A stretch of DNA of 64,000 nucleotides from Octopus sinensis. Taxonomy: Eukaryota. The position numbers were made by a program, and so were the translations under genes. Shown piece by piece: positions 1 to 13,899 of this stretch (the first letter of the stretch is position 1; every line of letters starts with the position of its first letter). The notes beneath the pieces are model-generated. The model had not been told where the DNA came from. It saw nothing but the letters and a program-made list of their open reading frames with translations, and did not search any database. The stretch is from NCBI RefSeq assembly GCF_006345805.1, contig NC_042998.1, forward strand, positions 119,350,001-119,414,000, in the 5' to 3' direction.

Positions 1-13
1 AAACACCAATTCA

Positions 14-16
<3 letters not shown>

Positions 17-70
<54 letters not shown>
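17..70. repeat. (CA)n microsatellite
   Basis: Direct dinucleotide run; representative of dozens of (CA)n/(TA)n/(GATA)n/(TATG)n tracts in the window. Confidence 0.95.
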
Positions 71-76
<6 letters not shown>

Positions 77-960
77 AATATATAGAGCCACTATGATAAA
101 TGTATGTAAGTATGTATTATGTATGTATTATGTATGTGCCGTTTTGTTAAACACTCTGGTATCTTACAGTTTTACGATATTTTCTATGCTTCGTAAATAA
201 TGGTAATCTGGGAAATTGATTATTGCCAAGCTTCTCAATATATTGTTGCAGCGTCTTAGATCTCCCCGCCTTAAATATCTAACTCAGTTATGAGTTTTGC
301 ATAGTAAGTATATCACCTAAGTAATGTTGAATTTAATAAAAGAAAAGTGGGAAAAGCAATAATACGCAAATATTGTGATGTGCAATATTTATGATGTTGA
401 AATTAGCACAAACACTAAAATATGACAGTGTCATCAAACGTCTCATAGTTAAATGTATGTGTGGGCCTCTGAGAAATTTAGGCTACAGCTCATCAAAATG
501 TCTCCGTTTTTATCACGTGGCCTAGCGGTATGGGAGAATACCATATTGGTTCTTAAAGTTGTGAGCGAAAACATTTAAGGGAAAACTAGTAACTTCGAAG
601 TTATGTGGAGGATTATAACATGTTATTTTTCTCGATTACTATGTACACTTTGTGGCTGTCATCGATGATAACCATATACTGGTATGGTTATGCTTTCATC
701 ACTCTACCCATACTTCTAATTACTGGAACATGAGCGGACGCTATCCTATATTCTACACAAAGTACATCAGAATTCAAAACATCTTTGATGACTCAAGGGT
801 AAGCAAAAACAATAATAATAACAACAACATAACAGACATTCGACTACCCCTTCGATGTTAGCATAACAGGCGTTGATTTGGCTCATAAATACTCCATAAA
901 ATATGACAAAAACTATATCGTACAGCTAGATTTATTGCAACTGCCACTAGTAACCACTGC

Positions 961-1660
961 ATCCTAAACAAGATGAAGGACTGCCCCCAGTTCTTCAAAT
1001 AACTGAGATTTAAAATCACTGCAGTAAATGTCCTTGATGTAACCCTAGATTTAGATTGCAGCTTATATTGCCCATATAGAATATCCAATCAATTCCACTA
1101 CATCAATAAATACTTGAATTCTCTAAATCTATCATTAAGAATTTAGTGACAAACATATGACACAGAACCCCCACTATAACGAACACGATCCATACTATAC
1201 CGAAGTGTCAAAATGCAACGACTTCAACAGGAATATATCTTACAAATAACTCACAAAATCATGATAACAAGACTAGAAATAAACAAAAAATATATATGAT
1301 ATACTCCTCAGCTCAACCCTGAAGTCACTACACACTTTTCCAAAACTTTCTTCTTATATTTTCTTTTGCTTATCAACCCCGCCATTGTAGATACAGCAAA
1401 ATTTTCAATCACAATACGACACAGCTCTCCTACTCCACTACTCCTAGCATAGCACAAGTTATCACCTCAACGAAGGGAGTGTGAACTAGATCACATTGCA
1501 GGTTCGTTTACACAGCGTTTTGTCTATAAACGTTATATCCAGCATAGGTAATACCTTCCTTAAAATAGTGGATAAGCATTTTTCTACACACACACAGGTA
1601 TAGAAAGCTTTCCAATAGAAACAGGTTTAAGGTCTCCTTCAGTTGCTCATCCATCATGTT
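961..1660 (+). pseudogene. Decayed Penelope-like RT C-terminal/linker fragments (linker segment present twice)
   Basis: Manual translation with stops and frameshifts: KITAVNVLDVTLDL..YCPYRISNQFHYINK (961-1140); KIFNHNTTQLSYSTTPSIAQVIT (1398-1470); SIGNTFLKIVDKHF..RYRKLSNRNRFKVSFSC (1538-1660). These match PLE motifs FLDVTL..YRKPN..YIN and KIFNRNTVKVSYSC. Confidence 0.7.
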
Positions 1661-1929
1661 GAGTATTTTTCGTATATAGGTTCATAACTAAACTGGTGAT
1701 GATGACTATGATTTTAGCAGTGGGATAAAAGTAGCACGGAGTTTTGAAATAGTCATAAGGCAGAGAAACCCCTGAATAAATAGGTAGGATTTTTGTGTAA
1801 TTCGTTCATCAACTCCATCCCCGTGTTTTGGAGGCTCTGAAAAGTTCAAACTCTGAGTAGAGCAAAAAAGGAATAAAGTAGAATAAAAGGAATAAAACGA
1901 ACATAGATAAATCTAAGATAAATGGAATT

Positions 1930-2165
1930 GTTACTGCTGCCATTGTTGTTGTTGTTGTTGTTGTTGCTGTTGTTGTTGTTGGTGGTGGTGGTGGTGGTGG
2001 TGGTGGTGGTGGTGGTGGTGGCGGCGGCGGCGGTGGTGGTTTTGGTGGTGGTGGTGGTGGTGGTGAAGGTGGTGGTGGTGAAGGTGGTGGTGAAGGTGGT
2101 GGTGAAGGTGGTGGTGGTGGTGGTGGTGATGCTGGTGCTGGTACTGGTGCTGGTGGTGGCTTTGG
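1930..2165. repeat. (GTT)n/(GGT)n trinucleotide tract
   Basis: Direct; source of the spurious poly-V/poly-H ORFs. Confidence 0.95.
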
Positions 2166-3052
2166 TTTATCCTTGATCGTGCAGACATAATAAAAACATT
2201 CTAGCTATGATTCTCCCATTATTTTGCAATGTCCAGGACTTTATTATCTAACGCCACCATCTCTATTTTTAAGACAACGAGGTGTAATTTTAGTAACTCG
2301 AGTAACCATTGGCTTGACAGCTGTGTTTCTCTGATTTAGTATATGTCGGACAACATTTTCAAATGTTTTCTTCCTATTTCTAAAGATGTGGTTTCATTTG
2401 AAGGAGATTTAGCAACTAGTTGAGACCATAGTTTTAGTAGAGACCACATTGACTGGCGAATGTAAGTTCCAGCCGAATAATATTTATCGTGTAATTCACA
2501 ACACAGCTGTATATAAGTAGTACATTCAAATACAGTTGTACATAAGTAATACATTCGCGGATTTCACCAGTGTTGCCATTAAAGACAATATACTCTCCCA
2601 ATGGCATTTCCACAGTAAGATCATATTGAAACTATTTCCCCAGCTTGTTTCTTACAATTTAAACACTCCTAGAGTGAGTCTTTTTTCTACTAATCGCCTG
2701 AATTATCTTAGTTATTCCATTTTTTTTTACCACAATATATTACATACTGTGCCTGTATAACTGAAACTGGAGAATAGCGAGGAAATTTTGATGTCAGTGT
2801 GACTGTTTCAATCTCTTCCTCAATAGTAATTCGGTTATTCTGTCGTAACTGACTCCTACTCCTATTGTTTCATCACAATGATAACATCATTCTATTATTT
2901 CCCATTATGCTGTCGTAGCTAACTGCTGCCAAACCTATTTGTGATGTCAGAGCGTCTATGTTCGTTTGTTCGTCAACAATATTCCATTGTATCAATATTC
3001 TATTGAGTCTGGTGTAATCTTCTTTCTTGGTGTGTGTATACATATACGTATG

Positions 3053-3113
<61 letters not shown>

Positions 3114-3273
3114 CATATGTATGTATGCGTGCGTATGCATGTATTTGTGTATGTCTACATATGCATATAGACCGACACAAGCATGTACAGATGTATACAT
3201 CTACACATACATATATATGTATATACATATGTGTGTGATTATGTATATTATATATATATATCTATAGATATAG

Positions 3274-3357
<84 letters not shown>

Positions 3358-3600
3358 TGCTGTCTAAAACGCTATTTTTTTTTCGTTTTTTTTCCTACAG
3401 TAAAAGAATTGGAAGCTTTTCGAAGTTTTTTCTTGGTAATATTTATTGTTCTTCTGATTGTCAATATTCTCCCCGTTTCTTCTTTCACCCTTTTCGCCCT
3501 TCTCCTACTTCGTGCTTTTCTCCTTCCTTTCCTTCCTTTCGTCGCTCATAATCTTCACTTTCTATTCTATTCTCTCTTATCCTGTTTTTCTCCTTTCTCT

Positions 3601-3750
3601 TGTTCTGAGTTTAAATTTCGCCGAGGTTGACTTTGCCTTTCGTCCTTTCTCGAACACGATACACAAGCCAGTTGCGTAATGGAGCCGATTGATATTGACT
3701 GAACCCCCTACCCCAATATTTCTGGCCTTGTACTAAAATTTGAAACCAAA
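3601..3750 (+). mobile_element. Degenerate SINE fragment (family 3, same family as 63383-63560)
   Basis: gttctgagtttaaatttcgccgaggttgactttgcctttcgtcc matches the reverse complement of the 63490-63540 segment. Confidence 0.6.
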
Positions 3751-3859
3751 AGTGGTGAGCTGAGCTAGTAGAGAAGGTACAGCAGAGGTGCTATTTCCAG
3801 CAGAGGATGAGGCCAGGAACACTCCAGAACAACCCTAAGGAGTGACGAACCGGTTCTCA

Positions 3860-5170
3860 TATCAACCTACCTTAGCCGTGGAGTAGTAAGGTTAAAGATA
3901 GTAGACGTACCACCAGAAGTAAATATATGTTCGTTGGTGGCGGTTCTCTCCTTCGACATAGAGGACAAAAGCAATATCTTGCAGATCCACATGCTGCACA
4001 AACAAAATTAGCCAGGTCAAGGGATGGAGTTCTTAATCCAAAAGAGTCACCAAAGCATGGAATTCATTCCGAATCTGATCAGTCCACCAGACGACTCACG
4101 GCTATAGGAGACAATTGAGGGCGGATACAAACATCTCAAGGATTTCTACTCAAAGCAAAAGCTGAGAGAATCAAGACCGCCACTTCCGACACCATCACCA
4201 GAGTAACAAAAACACCAACAGGAAAAAGCAGCACCGACAGCAGCGTGTGATAAGAATAGCAATAATGACAGTAACTGAAACATTAAGCTCAACAGCCACC
4301 AAAGCAGCTGTAAAAGCAACAGGAGCAGCAACAACACAAATAATGCCAAGAAGTAATAGCAACAAACACTAGACAGAAATGCTGCCCTCAAAGGTCACTA
4401 CATCACCAACACAGCAGCAGCTGAGAACCTTCAGATCAAAGAAGAAAAAGACAATAGCCACCACCAAAACATCCGTTTCCCCGCTTCTGATAACTCAGAG
4501 ATGTCGTGTCGCAAAGGTGACGGTGAAGAAAGTACATTGCAAAAAGTATTTGTATCGTTAATTGTTTGTTGTCTGTGTTTATAGCAGCGAAGTCTATACT
4601 GTTTCTTTGTTGTTTTTGGACTTGGTTTGGGTGTGGAATGGAACCGGCTGGTGCTTGTGATGTTGCTTGTGTATGTGATTATGATGTTGTTGATGGTCTT
4701 GGTGTATTGTCGTTGAGAGGTGATTCTTCAATGAGTTTGAACCTTCTAGCTGATATTGTTGGCGTGTTATTTTCTCTTTTCTTTTTTCTTGCTTTATACT
4801 TTTTGGTGTGCGTTTTCATCACACAAGCATATCGCACACCAACACACACAAACATTATCCAAACAACGCAAAACATAAAATGCCAAGAAAAAACAAATGC
4901 TCCGAGGAAGTGAAATACTTCAGAGGGAGCATCAATAAAAGATTTATAAAGAACTGTTTGAAGAAACCCCTACAGCTAACCAGAGAGACAAAACATCTCT
5001 CCTTCCCACAGAATTAATGCAAATAGTTTTTCTCACTTTCCTCCTTCTCTCGAACTTGACCTTACTTAGAATAGGATGGGGTCGCCTTGGAATTGAGGCC
5101 ACCTAATCAACTATCTCCGGTCACTAGACATAGTTATGGTGGCCATCAGCGAGACAAGAATTTCTGATCC
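3860..5170 (+). pseudogene. Decayed non-LTR retrotransposon: ORF1-like remnant plus start of an APE endonuclease
   Basis: Stop-interrupted frame TYLSRGVVRLKIVDVPPEVNICSLVAVL.. (3865-4160) and GHLINYLRSLDIVMVAISETR (5100-5165), the latter matching the APE N-terminal D-x-x-x-x-SET motif. Confidence 0.45.
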
Positions 5171-5179
5171 TTAAAGCTT

Positions 5180-6184
5180 GTTCCTGAACTGAGCATATGA
5201 GTGCTTCTGTCTCCATCTTCAGGTTACTTCTCCTCATCCATAGCCACCTTTTTAGTTAATTTCTTGTTTAAATATTTCTTTAGTTACACAATTTTCAGTG
5301 TTGATGAGTGTTTCAACAGTCGATCCACGGCCTTATTTTTTTATATACTACCCTAGGCTGTTTTCCTCCGCTTCGAAACAACTCTAGCGACTGATTAAAC
5401 CTCTCCCACCCTTTCTTCTGGACAAATACAGCCTATCGATGTCACTCTTAGTGTGAAAGGCTCCGTATACTGTCAGCATTTTTCTGGTTTTGTTATCCAT
5501 TTTCTTCATTACTCTCTTTTGCCATTTTATAATTCCGGCTCCATACCGAAGTGATGCTATCGCCCATGTATTAACTGCTTCGATTATATTCCGTCCAATC
5601 AATTTTGAGCGCAACACCAACCTCAGTCTTCGGAATTACTCCATCCTTATTTGCTCTTTCATTTCTTTCTCCATTATCTCGTTGAAACCTAGTACATCAA
5701 GGTATTTGCATCCTTCCGTTTCAACTTGTTTAATCAAGTCTCTGTTCGGTAAATCTATTCCCGGCTAGGGACTGTACCTTTCTTCTTTTTAGATAGATTA
5801 TTCCGCACTTCTTGAGTTCAAATTCCATTCTAATATCAGTACTAAAACAGTGAACCCTGTTCACCAAGGAACTCACCTGTGTCTCATCTTTGCTATACAG
5901 TTTCAAATCATCCATGAAGAGGAGGTGGTTGATTGTTTGAGATTTTTCCTTTAGTTGATACTCCGGGTTTATTTTCCTAAGTACCAAGGTCAGGAGTATC
6001 ATGCAGAGAACAAAAAGCAACGGAGATAGGCTATCACCTGGAAAATCCCTCTTCTGATACCCAGGATGCCCAAGCTTTTTTACCGTAAGATGTCAGTTCA
6101 GTTTTCCACCCCAGCATGCTTCTTTTCGGGAAAAACATTACATTCCTTGCAATTCCAAGCAGATCTAGCACTCAATGATCCACA

Positions 6185-6185
<1 letters not shown>
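5180..6185 (-). mobile_element. 5'-truncated R4/Dong-type (RLE clade) non-LTR RT fragment, frameshifted
   Basis: WIIEC.DLLGIA..IRRGIFQ/GDSLSPLLFVLCM, INHLLFMDDLKLY, KKCG, LRSKLIGRNIIEAVNTWA, SDIDRLYLSRRKGGRGL; at least three frameshifts plus stops. Confidence 0.9.
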
Positions 6186-6186
<1 letters not shown>

Positions 6187-6228
<42 letters not shown>

Positions 6229-6291
6229 TATTATTATTGTTGTTGTTGTTGTTGTTATTATTGTTGTTATTGTTATTATTATTATGATTAA

Positions 6292-6360
<69 letters not shown>

Positions 6361-6381
6361 CATTATTATTATTATTATTAT
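6187..6381. repeat. (ATT)n tract
   Basis: Direct. Confidence 0.95.
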
Positions 6382-6937
6382 TGAGTGAGAGAACAGTACA
6401 TGCCATCAAAGTGACAATAGGGTAAAATATACGAAGTCCAGTATACCCATCATGACTACCCGTCTGATAACGGTACACCAGGCACATGCAATCACAACCA
6501 TATGTGCGCGACATGGTGATCCCATATCAAGATAAACAGCGCATGACCTTGCAGGTGGGGCCCAGTTAGAATTTTCTTCTGGTCGAGTAGCCCATCCCGC
6601 TCAAAAGGTCCCTGAATAAGGGTTGTTTAAGGCTGTTGAACGAAACACCTATGTTTCCAGACGTGAATTATCCAAGCCCCAAAGAATTCCTCTCAACACA
6701 TGGCTAGAATGATCCCCCACTACGTCTGCTTGAGATCAGAAATGCACATATCGTCAGCCACTAAGGGACATGTTCAGCTGGTTAAGGTCAAACAACTGAC
6801 AAGCAAATCTGTGGTATTGAACAAAATATTTGCTGTAGCCCATCTTTTATATCAAGACAAAATAATGTGCATGATAACACTTCCAATCAGTTAAGATCAG
6901 GAGCTATGAGAGCCACTGTCTGGTACTGCATCAGAGC
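6382..6937 (-). mobile_element. ~556-bp non-coding interspersed-element candidate embedded in (ATT)n arrays
   Basis: Complex, GC-richer block with sharp boundaries to (ATT)n on both sides; minus strand ends ..ctctcactc(AAT)n like a retroposon tail; single copy in this window. Confidence 0.55.
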
Positions 6938-7146
<209 letters not shown>

Positions 7147-8349
7147 GGTTACTTTTGAGTCATCAAAAGCATTCCAGCGTGAACATCATGTATTGTTGTT
7201 TAATTTTAGTTCACTCTTGATTCACCAAAATATGAACGAAGGAGTTTCAGCATGACGATCTTGACTTGAAGCTTATTCTATCTGTTTTATTAAAGGCTAC
7301 AGTTAAAGTTCATGATCATCCCATCTTATTTCAGACAGTATATTTCGGACTACATTATCTTTTGTGTGCTTTCTTCTTTTTTAAGAGATTATACTGTGAT
7401 TTGAACAAGGTTTGGCTGCAATTTCTAGTAACTTGTTCGACCGTATAGAGGCTCCCTTATCAACGGATCATCTGATTTTCGTGTATAATAATATGCCGGA
7501 CCATATTATCAGATGAATCCATTTTTTATGAGAGTAGAGTATGATTTGTGGGAGATGCGGCTGCTGTATCTATCCAATTCGTGTGGCTGCGTAAATAATT
7601 TCTTCGATACCTTACTGAGAGTTCAAATCCCACTGAAATAACTTTTGCTTTTTGTCCATCAATGTTGACATACAAGAAATAATCGTCAAATTTCCTTCAA
7701 ATTACACTGTACAGAAACCTTCAATATACAAGGTCATATTAGAAAAGTTATTTTGATACACGCAGTTGAAGAAAGAAATGGAATGGTAAGGTCAAAGCTG
7801 AAACACTTTTGATCTGAAATCTGCTCGGTCAAAAATTTCGTAGTAATCCGCAATGGTTAAAGCAACAGTCTGGGGAATAGTTTCTTCTTTGATGTTGATT
7901 TCTACTATATACAGAAGCCGTTTCTTTTGAAGAAGAGAAACTTTAAAAAATGGTAAAGACAGGGCGACATTTACACTTTACCATACTTTTGAAATGTAAT
8001 GAAGCAGTAGAATCCAAGGAAATTAGTGATATCTTGTATTGGCAAATAGTAAGGAAAAAGAGAGTTCACAAAATGAAATATATCTTTATGCTAGCAAGAA
8101 ATGACGTCTGATGTTTCGGACAGAATTCTTCGTCGAGGTGAGATGTCATGGTGGCGGTGGTGGTGGTTATATTTACTCTTATTGAGCAATTCAGCTGTCG
8201 ATCACTAGTCTCCACAAAATTTTTCATATGTACAGGAACATCAGGACAGCATTATCCAGCAAGTAATCGTCTTACATAGTGGCATATAAATTGAAGAACA
8301 TTTGGTTTCCACTTTTAAAAAGCCGAGCAATGTAGTATATATGTATATA

Positions 8350-8620
8350 TTTTAATATATAAAACTGAGAATGTGTGTCTGTGTTTGTCTGTTTGTGTGA
8401 ATCCCTAAAACTCGAGAACTACTCAACCGACTTCTTTCAAATTTTACACATGCCTTATTTAGGGTACATGCATTGTCATGGGCCAAAAACATTTTCAACT
8501 TCTTGCCTAATGCGAGCCCAGAGCAATCTGTTACTCTATTTCAGTATTACGTGTCAAAAGTGAAACACAAACATCCCTATCGTAATGTGAGATACTTTCA
8601 GTTTAATAGCTTCAATATTA
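8350..8620 (+). mobile_element. Helitron-type non-autonomous 5' segment (tentative)
   Basis: tatataaaactgag..tgtctgtttgt..actcaaccgacttctttcaaattttacac resembles the ctcaaccgatttt..aaactttacac core at 62.2-62.6 kb; no 3' hairpin/CTRR found. Confidence 0.35.
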
Positions 8621-8711
8621 ATACTTAAATTATTAAAGTGAGACTATTATCTCACATATGCATACATACATATATTATGTATATATATCACATATGTATC
8701 CATATATATGT

Positions 8712-9352
8712 ATATATATATAGCTGTATATGTATACATGTATATGTGTAGATGTATATATATGCATATATGCATTTTATATATAGAGATTTATATGCAT
8801 ATATATGTATAAATATTATAAATATATGTATGCATGTATATATGTGTATATATGTGTGTATGTGTACAAATATATGTATAGATATGCATGTATATAGATG
8901 TATATGCCTAGTTGTATATGTGTAGATATATAGAGAGAGATTTTATATGTATATGTATATGTATGTATATATATGTATATATGTGTATATATATATGTAT
9001 GTATATGTATACATATATATGTATATATTTATATATATATTTATAAATATATATATATATGTGCGTACATATATATGTATGTATATAGATGTGTATATAT
9101 ATATATAAATATATATATATATACAGACGTACATTTATAGATGTATTTGTATAGATGCATATGTATATATGTATATATATATAAATGTTTATATATTTAT
9201 ATGTATATTTAAATGCATATCTATATATTTATATGTATATATATTTATAGATCTATATGTATATATATAGACGTATATGTGTGTATATATATAGATATAT
9301 TGGTATACATATATATATATAACCATGATATATTATATATATACAGACATAC

Positions 9353-9392
<40 letters not shown>

Positions 9393-10040
9393 TATATATA
9401 TATTATGTGTATGTATATTATATATATCTATGGTTGGTATATATAGATATGTATACCAATATATCTATATATATACACACATAACGTCTATATATATACA
9501 TATAGATCTATAAATATATATACATATAAATATATAGATATGCATTTAAATATACATATAAATATATAAACATTTATATATATATACATATATACATATG
9601 CATCTATACAAATACATCTATAAATGTACGTCTGTATATATATAGTATTTATATATATATACACATCTATATACATACATATATATGTACGCACATATAT
9701 ATATATATTTATAAATATATATATAAATATATACATATATATGTATACATATACATACATATATATATACACATATATACATATATATACATACATATAC
9801 ATATACATATAAAATCTCTCTCTATATATCTACACATATACAACTAGGCATATACATCTATATACATGCATATCTATACATATATTTGTACACATACACA
9901 CATATATACACATATATACATGCATACATATATTTATAATATTTATACATATATATGCATATAAATCTCTATATATAAAATGCATATATGCATATATATA
10001 CATCTACACATATACATGTATACATATACAGCTATATACA
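8712..10040. repeat. Long near-perfect inverted repeat (~620-bp arms 8712-9330 and 9425-10040, ~95-bp spacer)
   Basis: Unique anchors are reverse-complemented (tagctgtatatgtatacatg / catgtatacatatacagcta; gcctagttg / caactaggc); ORFs 8943-9134(-) and 9624-9812(+) give nearly identical peptides. Confidence 0.9.
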
Positions 10041-10472
10041 TGTATACATATACAGCTATATATCATGGTTATACTGATATAATATAGGATAATGTAGATA
10101 TTTATCCTACATTACATAGATAATTTTATATGCTAGCAAGGTCCATAAATATTTAACGGAATTGGCAGTAAACTTACTGGGTTATTTCTGAAAACTTTAT
10201 CGAAGAAAAAAAAAATGAATACGTAGCTCATGTTAGATAGTCGCTCATGTTAGATAGTCGCTCATGAAAAGTGAACGTAATTGGAATACGATGATTATTT
10301 AATGTATTTTATATATACAAGCGAAAAAATAATGAAAGAGAAAAAGAGAAGTGAATTTATAGTTTACTAACACCTGAAAATGTGCCTATTACTCAAATCA
10401 GGCTACCTGATTTAGTTATGAATTTTACATCAGTAACTATAAATGCAATTTCACAACGGCTTCAAAATATAA

Positions 10473-10527
10473 TTATTCGATTACTGATGAGAGCCAAAAA
10501 CTGGAAACGGCGTCGTCCACTTGATAA
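10473..10527 (+). ncRNA. Degenerate hammerhead ribozyme motif (canonical CUGAUGA core)
   Basis: ctgatga-gagccaaaaactg-gaaac..gtc; stem II and proximal stem I imperfect. Confidence 0.45.
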
Positions 10528-13326
10528 CACCATTATTATCCCTCGTGCGGTTGTATAATAAGCATGACGGATTTTACGACAGTATCATGTATCTAGTAAA
10601 TCTTATTAATTGATTTAATTGATGGGTGAACGTAATGACAGATAAAATATATCTGGGCATACGCCATGATAATTTTTTGCGTGAAAAATAACCATTGTTA
10701 GCACATCATTAGCCAATGATGGTAGATAAATAAGTTAGGTGTAGTGATAGGGATGACAATTATTAAAACAGTGAAGCGTAAGGGATGAAGGGAGAGGGAT
10801 AAGGGTGAAGGAAGAAGAATAAGTGAGATGGAGAGAAACATAACAAAGAGAAACGAGTGTCAGTAAGAAGAAAAAACGACCAAAGCTAGGAAAAATTCCA
10901 AAGGAACGCTGGTACATTTGAAAATGAGGGAAAGAGAAGGAGAACTGAGTAAAACAAAACAAACAAATATTTACCTTTATATTTGTATACGTATTTATTA
11001 TACAATGAATATAACAACCATTCTTTTCATAGAAGAAGCAGAGTTTGTTTATGGAGTGGAAGTTTCAGTGACTGCTCTATGCTTCGAAGATGCTTAAATT
11101 TTTTCTTTGGCAAATGTTTCTGTATTTTTGAAGCTAGACAAATGGGAAGTTAAACTTTGCCGTTTTAACGTTAATACCAGACCGGAATTATATCTGTCCT
11201 ATATCTGGAAGGCACATCTCCTAATTTAACATTCCACACTCAAAAACTTTCCAAGCCTACAGTGGAATGTTAATCTTCACTTCTTTATGTTGTCTACTTC
11301 TTCGCGCGTTATATGGTTATAAACCGATTGAAGCGTACATCCACAATTAAAAGGATATGTGGCGGGGGGTGTATGTGTGTGTGTATATGTTGATGTAAGC
11401 AGGAAAAATAGAACTCAAAATATGAGTGTAAGTATATTTTTATTAATATTTTGTAAAAGTAACAGAGTAACTGGTTTGATAAGTGCCAACGCAAACTCTT
11501 GAACTTTGAGTCACTCTGTTACTTCTGCTAAATATTAATAAATGAATGTGTGTGTGTGTGAGTGTGTGTTTGAAAAAATTAATAGAAAAGGGTTTTCTGA
11601 GAAATTTCCACTTTAATAGATGTTCATCGATATTTACGTGATAATCTGTAGTTGACGACCTAGCATTATCAGCTACAATACCAGTACGCGAAATCCATTC
11701 TACATGTTCAAGAAAAATGTATTTAGCTTTATTTAGAGCTGTGCATGTGTAGTATGTGACAGGTTCTTGGCCCATGAGTTGAAACTGATACAACTACACC
11801 GTGGAATAGGCATTCTGCCCATTTAATAGAAAAACTGCTGTTAAATTCACCTTTCATTTATTTCTTGTGGTGTCAAAATTTTCGTTGCAAAACTGCATTC
11901 TGGTCACTGATACAGCTCCATTTAATAAATGACCACTTCCTATTGCTTTCAAACTTTTTCTTTCTTGTTCAGCGTACAAACATGTGAGTCTATTGTATTC
12001 CTCTTCTTTGGCTTCGACTTCTTGATATCGGTCATCGTTAGTCACTTCCATATTCCATTCTTTTGTCTGTTTACAATTTATTTTGTATATCATTGCAGTC
12101 ATTCAGCTTCTTTTTTCTCCTTTTCTCCTTTTTTTCTTTTTCTCTTAATAAAGGTGAGTCTGAATGCAAGCATATCTAGTTTGCTATGTATTAACAAAAG
12201 CTATTTCAGTAACTTTCTCCACTGTGTTGCAAGTTTATAGATTAGGTTCCTACTATGTAGATTCCTTTTATTTCAGATGTGTTGTTAAAAAGGGAATATA
12301 TATTGAACTAGAAATAATCTTCATACGTATGTATACATACTCACGTACACGTGTGTATGGGACTTGAATGCATGAGGTATGTATGTATGTATGTATGTAT
12401 GTATGTATGTATGTATGTATGTATGTATGTATGTATGTATGAATGTATGTATGTATGTAATACACATTCATTTTTGTCATTGTCTTTCCAAGAAAGATAG
12501 GCACCTGCTATTATTTCTGCTATTAAATTACCTATAATGAATGCTAGGTTTGTTGAACTTGACCAATTCATTCCCTTCAGATATTTAGGGTATTAGAATC
12601 ACGGTTGCATATATATAGTTGGTATCTGTCTTAAAGCCGCTTTGAAGACCCACACGGTTTTAGAATTAGGAAAAAATATTTGCCTTTCGCAACATGATCA
12701 GAATTAGAAAGACACTTCAGAATAAAAACTACCTTAAAAGCATAGCATCAGTTGCCAAGAGCAGAAATACAAGAGTTAAGATCTGTTTACTTTGCAGAGG
12801 GTTCCATACAATATCAGGATAGTACTAAGAAACATATCTACTCTTCGGCGATATCTCCCCTGATCAAAACTTCTATCATGTGAAATCATGAACAGAAACT
12901 ATGTATTTTGTATTCCATAAAGTTATGCCAATGAATGCGAAGGTGAGAGTAGTCACCCCTAAAAGTAGGACTAGAGAAAAATCGTAATTAGAGGAGTGAG
13001 AAAAATCAGGCATGGCTGATAATTTGTTGGGGATAAGGAAGTCACCAACAACTTGCGAAACAAAGTCAAGAATATTAACAATAATGAAATGTAAGACGAC
13101 TGAAAGAAGCAGCGAATATACGCTTTGTTAACCTCCCAAATACACCCACCATACAGATGACCACCACATGGTAATTATGAAGGAACATTAAGCCTACGAC
13201 TATAAACTGTCGCATTTCAAGCTTCTAATTTCCATTACCTCGTTGTCTTCTATGTCAATGATATAGAGGATGTAAGCGTTCATTAAATACATGTGTGCGT
13301 GTGTGTGTGTACGTGTCTATATAAAC

Positions 13327-13390
<64 letters not shown>

Positions 13391-13430
13391 TATATATATA
13401 TATATATATAATATATATATATTGTGTATA

Positions 13431-13473
<43 letters not shown>

Positions 13474-13490
13474 ATATGTATATATATATA

Positions 13491-13521
<31 letters not shown>

Positions 13522-13566
13522 CATGTGTGTGTGTGTATGTATATGTATACATATGTATGTATATAT

Positions 13567-13615
<49 letters not shown>

Positions 13616-13782
13616 AAGTATCGTATGTATGTACGTATGTATGTAGAAACGAACGTGTGCGAGTGTGTGGATTAGTGAATGTCCTTTCTGTTATAAAGTG
13701 CGTGCACAGAACAAATGTATGGAGTAAACTGGTTTTCAATTCAAAATCTCACGCATCACTAATGCACACCCGCACGCACACG

Positions 13783-13832
<50 letters not shown>

Positions 13833-13899
13833 CAGCTATTTTCATCATAATATATTTGTCGTCAAGTTGTAATTAAAATACAGAATTTCATTGTGGCCG

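Noticed and set aside
2400-2960. Minus-strand frame containing FNGNTGEIR, suggestive of a cadherin repeat
   Set aside because: No DRE or DxNDNxP motifs and frames are interrupted; cannot be assigned
8100-8145. Minus-strand tcgacgaa..cgaaacatc motif
   Set aside because: Stems I and II do not pair; too degenerate to call
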